DNA of 52,760 bases, from contig DF237550.1 in assembly GCA_000708835.1 (NCBI GenBank), positions 1-52,760 of the forward strand. The letters are read 5' to 3'. Source of the DNA: Klebsormidium nitens. Taxonomy: Eukaryota > Plantae > Klebsormidiophyceae. Numbering within the stretch: position 1 is the first letter of the stretch; each line of letters opens with the position of its first letter. Below the pieces are notes generated by a model. It did not search any database, was not told where the DNA came from, and worked only from the letters and a program-made list of their open reading frames with translations. The position numbers were made by a program, and so were the translations under genes. Positions 36,740 to 49,531 of the stretch are shown here, piece after piece.

Positions 36740-38086
36740 GTTTGGGATCAAGAGCTTTGGCTCAGCTTTCGTTCCAGCTCCACAAGAAAACTTGCCTTGC
36801 AATTGCGTGGGCGCCGGAAAACAGCTAGAACGGGATGGAATTGCTGGAATGATGGAAGAGCAGAATCGATCGACGAAGATCAATGTAATCTTATTCCAAG
36901 CATTTGTTATCAGAACTTGCTCGAGATCTGGGGAGAGCCCCTTCACGAAGCCTTCTGGGGAAGTCTCGCGAAAGTAACGGAGCTGAGGAGGGTGGTGTGA
37001 TGACAACACTTCTGATTTGCGCACCTCGACCGTTCACTGATAGCTGAGGGTCACACAGGTACTGCGAAGGCTTTATGGAGAATGGTTATTTGCAAGCTCA
37101 CTGGTGTGGTCATCCGTTTGCTATCAAGACGTTGCTGATTTCAGAGAGCTGCGAGGGAATGCTCTTCAACTTCATAATGTAATGTCATAAGATCGAAGAA
37201 CCAATCAAAGCTTCCTCGAGCCGTGCCTGTCGACATTGGATGAATCGGCTCATGCATGTATGACAGCTGATTGGGCCTGTACATCGACATGGTGCGACTT
37301 GGTTGATGCACAAAGTGAGGTGGCCTCTTCGGAAGATAGCCAATAACTAAAACTGCTTTGCCACAAATATATATCTAGTGTATCCTGGACCCAGCAGTGA
37401 TCTTACTTGCCGCTCAAGGCATCTTTCCAGCTTTTGCTCAGGTCGAAGTGCTCGCGCGGCATGCCATTCTAGATGTATCGGCAGACCGTTTTGAAGCTTC
37501 TGCCGCAATCAAAGTCTGGCAACAACCAGAAGCCACCCTACATGCGGACCGGTGCACGGAGTATCATGAGCTCCTTTGAATCTCTCGAGTTACTAAGGCC
37601 CCGACCCTGCATTGGAAGCTTTATTTTTCGCTTTTCCCGTCTCGAGGTACCTACGACTTAGCATATCCATTACGAGATTCGAGACATTCAAGATTCGTAT
37701 AGCTCAGAAGACGTTTCCATCATAGCGGCAGCTCTTCTGATCTGCATGTGCTTCATTGGATTCGAGCAGCCTCCCGCCTCGTGTTCATCAGTGTTGTGCT
37801 GGAAGAGACGAAGTAAATAATGCTTGAAAATTCTCACTGGGCTCCCTTAATGCCAGCTGTAAGGGGAAGGATCCAAGGATCATGTGCGCGCATGTTGATT
37901 TGAATGTTGACATCATGGAAGAGTCGACGCGAACGAAGAAAAATCCGTCAGACTGGTTAGCTGATTTAACTGAAGGTTGGTCAGGACTTTTAGATAGCTG
38001 ATTGAAGTCCACTAGGTTGACTAGGCAAGTTTCTGTTCATCGGGTCAACTGAACCTGTCATGCCGCAGTACAGGGTAGTCTCATAG

Positions 38087-38106
38087 GGTATATTGATCAA
38101 TATACC
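38087..38106. other. Perfect 20-bp palindrome GGTATATTGATCAATATACC upstream of DMC1
   Basis: The two 10-bp arms are exact reverse complements with no spacer; ~215 bp upstream of the DMC1 ATG. Confidence 0.9.
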
Positions 38107-38320
38107 TGGAAATTTGAGCCGTTGATTTTGGTTAGTCAGAGAATGTTTCAGAGAAGTCTCGCTTTATGTTGAGGTTTATGTTTAGGCCTATTTAATCTGT
38201 AAAATCACCCGGGCACAAACAAAACAAATCCTAACCCAAAGTTAACATGCTTCGGATCCGTACCCACCCTAAACCCCCCAACCAACCCCATTCGTCTCCC
38301 GGGCAAGACCTGAAGTAAAC

Positions 38321-41300
38321 ATGGCCGATATTGAACAGAAAATAGAGACCACTACAGGTAGGCTCCAGCGCTCTTCGCACCGTGCACTTGTCTTATTTGT
38401 CAGTGAATTGATGATCTGCCAAACGTCGCGGATGCAATGAATCGACTTGTGCTTTCCTGAACGGGAATTTCAAGCTGCAGTCGGTCACCAAGAACTTTAG
38501 GTTCTCTTGCCAAAAGACTGCTCTTACTAATCGAACAAGGAGTGACAGTTCGGTCGGTCTGCAAGCTTGAAAGGCCGGGAGGAAAAAGTCTGGCTTGCAA
38601 AGAACTTCTGCACCTTCTCCATCAGCACCGAAGATGGCGACTGAAGAAGCCATTCGAGAAGTGTAAGTACATGCCTTTGAGATACGAAGCCAAGCAGCGC
38701 ATGTGCTCGTTGGATGCGAAGGGATTGGGGCCAGAGTCAGTCCTGCATCAGGGAATGAATCACTCAAATGAAACTTCTTAATCTATTTTGCTATGCAAAT
38801 TCACTACAATCTTCCATCGTTCAGGTCCGAAGGTGATGAGCAGGCTGCTGAGGAGGAGGAAGAAGAAGAAACCTACGAGCCAGTCGACAGACGTGAGCTT
38901 CAAAAGTTCATCGTGATGATGCGAATGCCGTGCAGAGGGCACCCTTGTCTGCATCCGTGAAGTCTGCAGCATTTGGTCAGATATCATGACGGACATAAGG
39001 CAGCTTTTGAGTGGTGGATTTGCAAATATTGTTTGTTTGTGAAAGGAATCAAGATCAGAATCCGAAGTTTTCATCTGGAAAGATCTTCAGGATTGTTTTT
39101 CTTTTGTGTCCTGCAGTACAGGCTCATGGCATCAATGCTGGTAAGCTGTCAGTTCTTCCTTTCCCAACGCCTCAAGCGGCAATATTCACGACCCTCCAGT
39201 CCTGAAAATCGTGGTATACAGAGCCTTGAATATCAAGCTCGTCCACTTGATGATTCGTTTGCAAGTACACTTTTGGAGTCTGAAGCTGGTTTTTGTAGCC
39301 TTGTTCTTGCATGACGATCTCTTACCGTTTCAAGCATACCACGATCTTACAGGCGACATAAAGAAACTGGTCGAATCGGGCATAGTTAGCTGCAACGGAG
39401 TCCGCATGCAGACGAAAAAGGTGAAATGGTTTCGTTGCCGCAAAGGCATCTTGACGTTGAAGATCGATTTGCTGACTTCAATGAATGTCTCAACTCAAGT
39501 TGCACATCAGTTGCTCTCAGAAGACTATAAAGTTGCGTGGAAGGCCGAGCTGCTTTTGATCAAATTGACTACTTGAGGTTTCAGAAAAACGGAAATTTTC
39601 TGCCTGCAGACGCTCTGCAATATCAAGGGGCTCTCTGAAGCGAAGGTCGACAAAATACTGGAGGCTGTGGATAAAATCATTGTGAGCAAGATTCGACTCT
39701 GCACTTGTGCTCCGAAAAATGTGAAGGAAGAAATTGATAAGCTAACAACCAGGATTTGAGCGGAGCAGGTTACCACAGTTTCAGCTCTGGAATGCAGTCT
39801 CAAAAGGTCAGGCAATGTGAACTTTACGTAAAGGTGCGACTTGATAAGTCTTGCAAGTTCGGCAAAAAAACATTGAGATATTCAAGGTAGAGAGACAAGC
39901 TTGGTCAAATCTTCACTGCAGAATGGTGGGTTCGTTACCGGCAGCGAAGCACTAAACAAGGTAAGACCATTCACTCGAAGCTTCTTCCGAATGATTGGTG
40001 ACTGAGTCAGGATTCGAGGAGCTAGTGAGGGCTTTCTAAATCCATCACTTTTGGTGTCTAAAACTTTAAGAATTTGAAGATCTAGTAAGCCCTTCCTGGT
40101 ACCTCAGAGCGGCGTTCACCATATTGATGACTACACTTATCCGACGCAGAGAAAGCAAGTCATCAGAATTACAACCGGTAGTGCTACTCTAGATGAACTC
40201 CTGGGGGGCGGCATGGAAACAGCAAGCATTACAGAAGCTTTTGGAGAGTTCAGGTAAGCCGTTCGCCTCAGCTTTCTTGATTGCAGAGGACCTAACAATA
40301 ACAAAACTACGAACGCTTGTTCTAACTTTAACAAGTCCATCTCGTCCATCATGTTCATCTTGAAAGGGTGAGCTAGTCTGACCAAAAAGCCCACGACATT
40401 GAACTTCATCCGAACGCGCATCAGAAACTGCAATTTTTGCATAGAACTCGGCACTCTCTGTCTTTGTTAAAACAAGCTTAAAAGATTTTGCTTCACGTGT
40501 CATTTCCAGGACCGGGAAAACACAGATCGCGCATACACTGTGCGTCACCACTCAATTGCCTCGATCTATGAACGGAGGTAAGGACCAATCTTCTTAAGGA
40601 CAGGATGTTCGTGTTGAATCTTCATCGTGCCAGCTTGCAGATGCTCGTTTCGAGTCAGGTCTCCTAAAACAACTACAACTACAACAACTACGCTCGAGAA
40701 CCGAATGAATTGTAACATGAGTTCTCCTTTGAAACATGTCTCACGCTTCCAAACTGTTCACTTTTGCAGGACACGGCAAGGTGGCGTACATGTGAGAAGT
40801 CTTGCAAGGTCCTCAGTTGCCTGTGCCGTTCTTCTTTGAATGGAAGTCAGTTTCTTCGCTTGGAGAAAGCCAAGTTGAGATAGATTGTAATGTTCTGGAA
40901 CAATGCACCGAAGAGTTTAAGGAACTCAAAAGAGCCACTACGGCTTGCTTCATGTATCGGACACCAACCAACGTTTGGGATATCGCTTGCAGAGATACTG
41001 AAGGTACCTTCCGACCTGAAAGGATCATTCCCATTGCCGAAAGGTTTGGCATGGATCCAAACAGCGTCCTTGAGAATGTAAGTACAAGTCCCGTTCAGAG
41101 TCCGCTTGTTAAAGTCAGTCTCGTAATCGCTCGACTGGACGTTACGATTACAACCAAAGCGCAAGTCTTTGAGCTTTGCTATCGTTTCCATCGGCTGAAG
41201 TTTCTGAAGCTCAATATGATGAGTTCCTCTGTCCTCTTCAGATCGTTTACGCGCGCGCGTACACACACGAGCACCAGTTCGGTCTTCTCCTTGGACTTGC

Positions 41301-42213
41301 TGCCAAGATGGCTGAGGAACCATTCAGGCTTCTGATTATCGACAGTATCACAGCCTTGTTCCGGGTCGACTTTACTGGGAGAGGCGAGCTGGCTGAGCGG
41401 CAGGTACTAAACCTTGCAATTCTGCTTCCTCGATCTATCAAGCAGCTGAGCGCAGTCTTTGTACGCAAGTTGCATCGATGCTCGAGAGTGCAAACGATCT
41501 GCTTGATCCTTCTCACATGCCCTTCCCTCTATCTCTTGAAGCAAGCTTACAGAGACTTTCAAATTGCTTCTGCAGCAAAAGCTCGGACAGATGCTTTCGA
41601 GGCTGACAAAGATCGCTGAAGGTAGGAATTTGCTTCCAACTTTAGAAAAGCTCATCAATCGCTTCTACTTCCACTTGCCAATCCTGATAGCTTTGATACA
41701 TGCTTGGTCCTTTCGCAGCAGGCGCACGCTTATAAATCCCATTCCCACGTGTGCAGAATTCAACGTGGCCGTATATCTCACAAATCAAGGTAAGCAATTC
41801 CTACACTGGCTTTTTGCACACATGTCTTGCATCGACTAACTGGACCGTCGATGGGATTATTCATATTGATCTCGAGGCGAGACTCTGATCGCATGGATCG
41901 CTCTAAACGCCTTCATACCTGATTATTTTCGAGGCTTTGGTTAACATGGTCGGTAGGCTTTATGTCAGGTTTCGCTCACCTTGTCTTTGTACGTCCAGTG
42001 ATTGCCGATCCAGGCGGTGGTGCGACATTCGTTGCTGATCCGAAGAAGCCAGCCGGAGGTCACGTGATGGCTCATGCATCCACGACTCGGCTCATGATGA
42101 GAAAAGGAAAAGGCGATCAGCGGATCTGCAAGATCTACGACTCGCCAAGTCTTCCAGAGTCCGAATGCACTTTCCAGATTAGTGCAGGCGGAGTTCAAGA
42201 CGCGAAGGACTAG
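38321..42213 (+). CDS. DMC1: Meiotic recombinase DMC1
   Basis: All exons join in phase: MADIEQK...[27 protein letters not shown], Walker [130 protein letters not shown]...[13 protein letters not shown] and ADPGGG..[12 protein letters not shown] are DMC1-type rather than RAD51-type. Confidence 0.96.
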
Positions 42214-43745
42214 TTGCTGCCATGTCGGTTGTGACCGTTCGGGTGCAGCAGCATTTGCTGAAGGGACGTGACAAGAAGTGCCATATTTTGAACTTTGGGC
42301 ACCATTCTGGAGTAATCAAGTTCAATAAGTATAGCTGCATCTTATCCTTGTAATATCGAAGTATAATATCCTGTCCCAGTTGCTTGGAATAGAGTGTCCG
42401 ACATGGTTCGAATGGGATTGAAAGCCGACTGTTACACGTCAGTGCACCAGTCTTCAATAACCGGAAGAATTCGTTTTCCAACAATGTCTTCCAGCGGCTT
42501 ACCTGCGTGCAAGAGCCGATGATTTCATGACAGGACTTGGATGTGACAGAGCTTGGATCTGTTTAGGTTGCTGCTCAGACTGGGTTAGGTTTTCAATGGC
42601 GACTTCTCGAGCGGGTTGTCAAAGGAAACATAGGATGAATATTCGGGCGGGCTTCTCCCTTATTCGACCGGATGTGATAGCTGCACCAAACGAAGCAGCA
42701 AGGGCGGTCGCAGTCAGCGGTTGCTTGAAACCGATCAATTTACAAGGTTTACGCCTATATCGTAGCTGATCGAGGCAACATACTAGACGTTTAATGCAGA
42801 TGACGACGAGCTGCCACAATGTCTTACATGCGTTAATGAAGTCGGTGCATGCATAAGCTGCCAGCCGCAGAACAGTTTATTGTTGATTGTAAGCAGTAGT
42901 GAGATCCCTACAGCTGCCAAGAAAAAATGTTTCTTCGGCCCGGAGCCTGCGAGATTGAATGCTTGACAGGAACGGTGCGAGTCGTAGAAGCAGGCGATGC
43001 CTCCGGCCCAGAAAATCTTATCAATGAGTGCGTTCTTGAACGCGTTGCATCGATATTCGTACCAATTCGTATCTCGATCTTATGCAATTTGCCGACGTGT
43101 CAACCTGGCATCCCGGTAGCTTAGAGCGCGCGGGGCATGAGTCAGCCGGAGCGCATTTATCATGACTCAAAAAGAATGGCCCCTGGCTTGCTGTTTGAGG
43201 TTTTAGCATCACTAGATTTGATTATACGGTTGAGGGAGTTGCAGTACTGTGCACGAGGCAGAGCAATGCTTGAGAAGAAGTGGAGCCAGAGAGCTCCGAG
43301 AGAGGTGCGAAAAAACAGTCTGCCCCTGGCAGGGGCTCAGCCTGGGTACGGTACTTGCTGGCGTTCGATATGTCTGTTGTTCATCGTACGAATAACAAAA
43401 GCCGCGTGCAAGTCGACGCCTGCCGGCCGTCTACTTCGTCGAATCAACCAGATCAACACCATCAAGGGCTGGGAAAGAATATGAAATGGTTCATGCAGCC
43501 AGCTTTTAAAGTACCTAGGTAGCTCGAAGTTGTTATTAATTCAGTTCTCGGGCGAGTCGGGGGAGCTGACCAGTCAACGCCTTGCTGCTTGCAACTTCGA
43601 CTGATCTCGACTCAGGAGCTCAGCAGCTCATATCCCTTGTCACTTGTGTTGGGCTGCTTGCTTTGAAACAGATTTTGATTGCCCAAAGTGGAGGGACTTA
43701 CATACCTACGCAGAGTAGATAGCTCCTCTACAATTTCTGGACAGG

Positions 43746-46700
43746 ATGGCGGAGAGCTCCAACAAGCCTGTCGTGTTGATCACAAATGATGATGGTATTG
43801 AGGCGCCCGGAATTCTGGCAATTACAGAAGCCCTTGTTGCTGATGGGGCATATGAGATATATGTAGCGGCTCCGGACAGGTCAGTCTTCTTGCTGATGAG
43901 GAGTGTGTAGGTCGTCAAGTTTGCAGTCAAAGGTGCTGCTTGGCTGACAGTGATGGCTGGTTGCAGTTGACCTGATTGGAGTGAAAGTGACACATTGCAG
44001 TAACCTTTCACCTGCACTAAAAGCAAGGTTCGCATGGGAGTCAAGACTGATCACAGATTCAATCAGAGCTGGAACTGAGCTTCTAGGATGTTGAAAAGAC
44101 TTTCTTTGCCCTCAGACACAAACAGATTGCATTGATGGATCAGAAACCAACACTTCTCATCTGCAGGGAGCGGTCTGCGATCTCTAATGCAATCACGTTG
44201 GAGCCATTAGAGGTGACAGAGCGAGACATTAAGGGTGCCAAAGCATACGGGATATCTGGTGAGAGGCAAATGAAAAAGAAAAGCACAACTTGCTTGATTT
44301 CCAGGCTGAAGCCTGTAATGTACTTCTACCCTTCGCACGATATGAGTTGAGTGGCTAAGGCCCCTGAGAAGCTTCCCAACACTGTTCTCTGATAGGCACT
44401 CCGGCGGACTGCATCCTCCTTGCCCTGTCTGGGGCGCTATTTACCTGGACGAAGCCAACTCTGGTAAGCAAACCGATTTCAATTGCAGAGTCTCCTTCTG
44501 ATAAGGTTAGAACTCAACTGAAAGTCAGTCAGATTGTCTTGCCCCGCTATTCAGCACATGTAGAACATAGAGGCATGCCAGTCTTCGATGCCATTACATT
44601 GTTAGAAGGGCTTGAGTCTCCTGGAGCAGGTTGCCCATTGAATTGTGTTCTTTCTTTTTGACCCCGTTTTCTCCCCACACGATGATGCCTCCCCTTCTTA
44701 TGTTCAGGTTGTGAGTGGTATCAATCGAGGGTCCAACTGTGGTCTCCACATGTGAGCTACCTTCCATATGCGGCATCATCTATTATAATGTAGCTTGAAT
44801 AACTGACGGAGGTCTTTTCCTGTTGGCGGGAAAACGCAAAGCAACTTCTTTCACTTGCTCATGCTGCGCAACCAGTCTGGCACAGATTGGTACCTGCATT
44901 ATAACTTGTATTCTGGACAGACTTGATAGACTGGACTTTTCGAGTCAGAAACGTTGCGGTAACTGTACTTGATCATGGTCTGACTGCAAGGGATGAGCTC
45001 ATGCAGAATCTATTCTGGGACGGTGGCTGGTGCACGTGAAGCTCTTATGGGGGGCGTGCCCTCGGTGGCCCTCTCCATGGAAGACAAGTAAGGAGCTTTG
45101 TGACTGGTGCGCTGATCGGTAAAGTAGGCCTTAGCTTATAGCAAAAATAATGCCGCTTGAAGGACATCATCAGTTGTATAGGCTGGACTACGTTCCTGTC
45201 TGTGTACGCTAGGAACTTCCTTCTGAGACCTGATTCGCAACTCAGAATTTTACCACCATCGAGTGGAGCCTTCAGGGCTCCCAACTCGTGATTGGCCACT
45301 GATCACTCCTCTGACTTGCATGGGGCTCAGAAGCTCTTCCATATAGCAGCCATGATTCTCCTTCACGACTTGTATGCACTATCGCTCTTTTGAAGTCCAC
45401 CTCTTCTGTTTACAGGCCGGTGATGGCTGCTGTAAAGCAGGCTCAGGAAGAGGGAAATCTGAAAGGAGTGAGTGCAGCTTGGGCAGTTAACAGGTGAGCT
45501 TGCAAAGGCACCAACAAACGATCTACTCACTTGATTTTCAAACAAGCTGCCGTCTAACCTGTGGGAGCTTGAAGTGCGTGCTCCCTTGGACGCAAAAAGA
45601 TGCCTTGTGTGCATCAGACGTTCCCTTTGCCTATTTTGGTGCGCGCACTATAAGCGGATTCCCCATAACTTCTCGGATGCTTGTTTGGGCAGCTGAATCA
45701 AGCTGGGTTTTGAGTGCAGTCCAGTACAGCGCTTCGAAGCAGCGGCTCAAGCGTGCCTACCGCTCATCAGGGCAGGGGTGCAGGATGCTCTGGCAGGCAC
45801 GTTTCCAAAAGACGCGCTGCTCAACATCAACGTACCAGAGAGGCCGCTCAATGAGGTGAGCAACACGACAACTTACAGCGGCTTCCTTGATGATGCGTAA
45901 CTCCGTTGTTTTCATTGAAAGAACGGCGCCGAACGATTGAGTCCGGGTGACGATCATACTTGCGGATTTTCCGTCACGTTATTCCGGGATCTGGTGGACA
46001 AACTCGTGAGACCAGAAAGACAACAAGCACACGCGAACAATTCATTGTGATGATGTTTCTTTCTTACAACACGTTTTGAGGTCGAGACGAGTACAGCCCG
46101 TCGGTTTCCATACTGGCTTGAACAAGCATCAGATCCGCCGTCCCCACTTTGTTGGGCTCATTGAGTGCCGTACTATCCGATCCTGCAGATAAAGGGCTAC
46201 AAGCTGACTGTGCAAGGCTCAGAGCGCTACGTGAAGCGGTATGCGGCAATGCCCAACCGCAGGAAGTCCGGGCTGGACATGGCCAAGCAAGGGGGTATGG
46301 CTTCCCAGCTGGCGCAGCTCGGCCTAGCGGCGGCCTCAAGGGTAGGATGTCCCGCGGACTGGTTCGTGCCTTTGTTGTCATTCAACGGGGACGAACGACC
46401 TCACTCTTGAGGTGCTGTTTGCATGCTGTTCCTTCCAGAGGTGCTGGCTTAAATCCCCTTCCATTGAGTAACGTGGTTCTTGCTCTGTTCGCTTACACTG
46501 AAGGGTAATCATTTGCGTTTTGCCGAGTATGACATGCCGATGCTAGACAATCTCCCAACTGGAATAATATCGATTTGTCACGTCGAGAGTGCAAGATTTG
46601 TTCCAGAAGGCAACCGTAGTCCCTTCAGATCCTTGAGAAGCTTGTCTCATCGACGATTTCATCAACCAGATCTTACAAACTTCGACTTTCCAGAATGTTG

Positions 46701-47534
46701 AGTCCTGTCGGCAGTCCGAGGAAGACCGTCTTAAATCGGGCGTTGGATGTGTTTGCACAGGGAGCGGCACGGCGAGCCGCTAATCCGGGAGTCGGGGTCC
46801 GCCCGGGGGACAAGGAGGAGGTGGTCTCCGTGGCTGCTGGGTCTTCGGACGCATCGCCAAAGACGATGGAGAAGAAATATTTCCATGCCGAGGTATCTTT
46901 CGGAAGATGTATTTTAATTCAGGTCTTGGCAGTCTTGTGTCCTATCTATGTCGCTTATCTCTTGAACCGGGCAAGCCTATGCACGTACTCACGGCACTTG
47001 CTTGCGCGTTCGTTTGCACAAATTGTTACGCCCTGGCGGCTTGTGTTGAAATGATTTCAAAGGTTGAGGCTTGCGATTGCCTCTGCACATGGAGACAGGG
47101 AGATTCTGTTCGGTGCAGGTCGGAGAACATGTCGGCGGCGTTGATGGCCCAGAGATCGACTCCACAGTGCTCGCCGAGGGATGGGTGAGGTCGCGGGCTG
47201 TCGTTGTGCTCACGTCGCATGCTTTTGCAATCATTCAAACGACCAAACCTTTTTCAAGCATTTGATTGTTCTGACATGCGGCTGATGAGACAACACCAAC
47301 GGACGAAGTAGCTGCATGGGATTCGTTCGCTTATGTACGACGAAGAGATTCCAAGCGTCACTTTTCTTTCTTATATTATTGCAGGTGAGCATTACGCCGG
47401 TAGGTCTCGCGACAATTGTGTCAGACGTCGCTCGAAAGTATGCATCTTCGGTTGTTCAAACGGTCGGGAGCATTGGAGGGAGCGACGGGACAGAGCAGCC
47501 CAAAAGCTCAGAAAACTTCCAATCAGTACTGTAA
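43746..47534 (+). CDS. SurE-like phosphatase/5'-nucleotidase (plant type)
   Basis: MAESSNKPVVLITNDDGIEAPG...YVAAPD|RERSAISNAIT, SGTPADC, VVSGINRGSNCG, IYSGTVAGAREA...VPSVALS, LLNINVP, and last exon VSITPVG...VL* (stop ends 47534). Confidence 0.93.
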
Positions 47535-48235
47535 GATGGACGCAACAGAAGCTTTCTTGTCCACAGAGATCAAATAGCACGAGCATATGCATATATGTGC
47601 AGCTTGCTCGCAAAGGTAGGGTTTGAAGAGCTGAAGTGGTTGCGGCACTTTCAATGGGAAGAGTTAAGGTGCATGCCTGGAGCTTCTCGCTTGCGCCTCT
47701 TCCTGGACACTCCCGAGTGGGAGTATAGTGCACGTAAACGAACATAGCGCAAGATGAGGTTACGCCTTGAGAGTCCAAGGTCGGTTTGTCCGGTGACAGC
47801 CGCATTTAGGCCATGGTGATAAGCATCTGACAAACCCTGACTTCAACGTGCGGATGACGATGTCGAATCCTCTTATGCATGGGACTCGAAATACATTACA
47901 TTGATAGAGAGGCGCGTGATAATCATTTGCGCACTAGAAACTGCAAGTGCATCACGCCACATATGCCTTCACTTTCATGCAACGAAAGGATCTTATAGTG
48001 AATCCCCTCGTCTGCACGCAGCTGCAACATGATCGCGTCGATCAACCAACCAGGTATTCTGTACCAATATAGACCGGTGATCGCATGCAGAGATCTGGTC
48101 CAATTATATGGAGGTGCCGATTTTGAAACACTCTCCATTACATGGCGCGTGTGCATGCGTAAATTTATATATGCATAATTGGACTTGCTCGATCCGAGTC
48201 ACATGAGCGATCCAGGCCAAGTTTGCGCATGCAAG

Positions 48236-48565
48236 GGGGCTGAAAACCCCCCCAACACACCGAATTTTTTTTCTCNNNNNNNNNNNNNNNNNNNNNNNNN
48301 NNNNNNNNNNNNNNNNNNNNNNNNNNNNNNNNNNNNNNNNNNNNNNNNNNNNNNNNNNNNNNNNNNNNNNNNNNNNNNNNNNNNNNNNNNNNNNNNNNNN
48401 NNNNNNNNNNNNNNNNNNNNNNNNNNNNNNNNNNNNNNNNNNNNNNNNNNNNNNNNNNNNNNNNNNNNNNNNNNNNNNNNNNNNNNNNNNNNNNNNNNNN
48501 NNNNNNNNNNNNNNNNNNNNNNNCTCCGGAAAAAAATTCGGTGTGTTGGGGGGGTTTTCAGCCCC
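48236..48565. mobile_element. Inverted-repeat pair (~36 bp) flanking an assembly gap; probable DNA transposon/MITE termini
   Basis: GGGGCTGAAAACCCCCCCAACACACCGAATTTTTTT (from 48236) and its exact reverse complement at 48530-48565, on either side of the N-run 48276-48523. No clear target-site duplication. Confidence 0.65.
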
Positions 48566-49531
48566 GACATGAAACAATTGCGTTCGAGCTATAGGATTAG
48601 AGCTAGCTATAGACTGCCCGGAGAGTATATGTATAGTCCGACCGATTCATGAACTGTCGTAACGTACCTTCGCGAGCTCGAATTGTTGTTTGGTTATCAC
48701 TATGCCAGCACGTATGATGATATGGACAGGCGGCGCCGCACGCATGCGCCACGACAGCCATGTTGACATATACGACACAGGAACTTATTGGCTTAAACAT
48801 GCAAATGCTTCTGATACATGGGCATTCGATAAAACACGTGCAAATGGTCTATTCACGAGTGCACTGGCGGCCTTTTCTTAGAGACGGGAGTTACCAGCTT
48901 CTGACACAAGGAGGACAATAAGCCTAAGAAAGGGCAGAGGGATCCAGATGCGACCCACAGTTTAACAGCAAACACAAACACGGTTTAGAATGACGTATGA
49001 ACAGGCCAAAATCTGACCACGACAGACTTGCACTTTGCCTTTAACCAAGCACAATACAAGAGACAGTACATGATTTCTACCATATGAAGAGGCGCCGCCT
49101 ACTGTTCCCAAATCGATTCTTGGATTGTTAAGCGTAGCTCAATCTTGGATAGGTGCAACAGCAAGTGCAACAATCTATGAGAAAACCAGAGCAACTTGCT
49201 AAGGATCATACTTGCACTCGAACTGCTGATATCGAATCTCCACGGGCCTGTACAAGGGCTCGAGTGCTCAGTACACATCTCCAAGGACTAGACAATCGAC
49301 CTCTACTAACCTCTGGCGTATCAACTGATGAGACTGCTGCCCCTCGAAATATCAACTGGCCGCCAGACTACGAGAGGTCTCTCTTCCATTCGAGCCCAGG
49401 CAGCGTCAGGTATTCAATTTCAAACCTACGCTGCTTGCGGTACCTTCTTGACCTGTTCCCAGCTTCACATAGATACTGTTTGTAGAACTAAACGCTACCT
49501 GACTATGAATGACACCCCATGATTTAAACAA

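Noticed and set aside
40668-40693. (ACAACT/ACA)n microsatellite in a DMC1 intron
   Set aside because: Ordinary short intronic simple repeat.
48104-48652. ORFs containing long X runs
   Set aside because: Artefacts of translating the N-gap.
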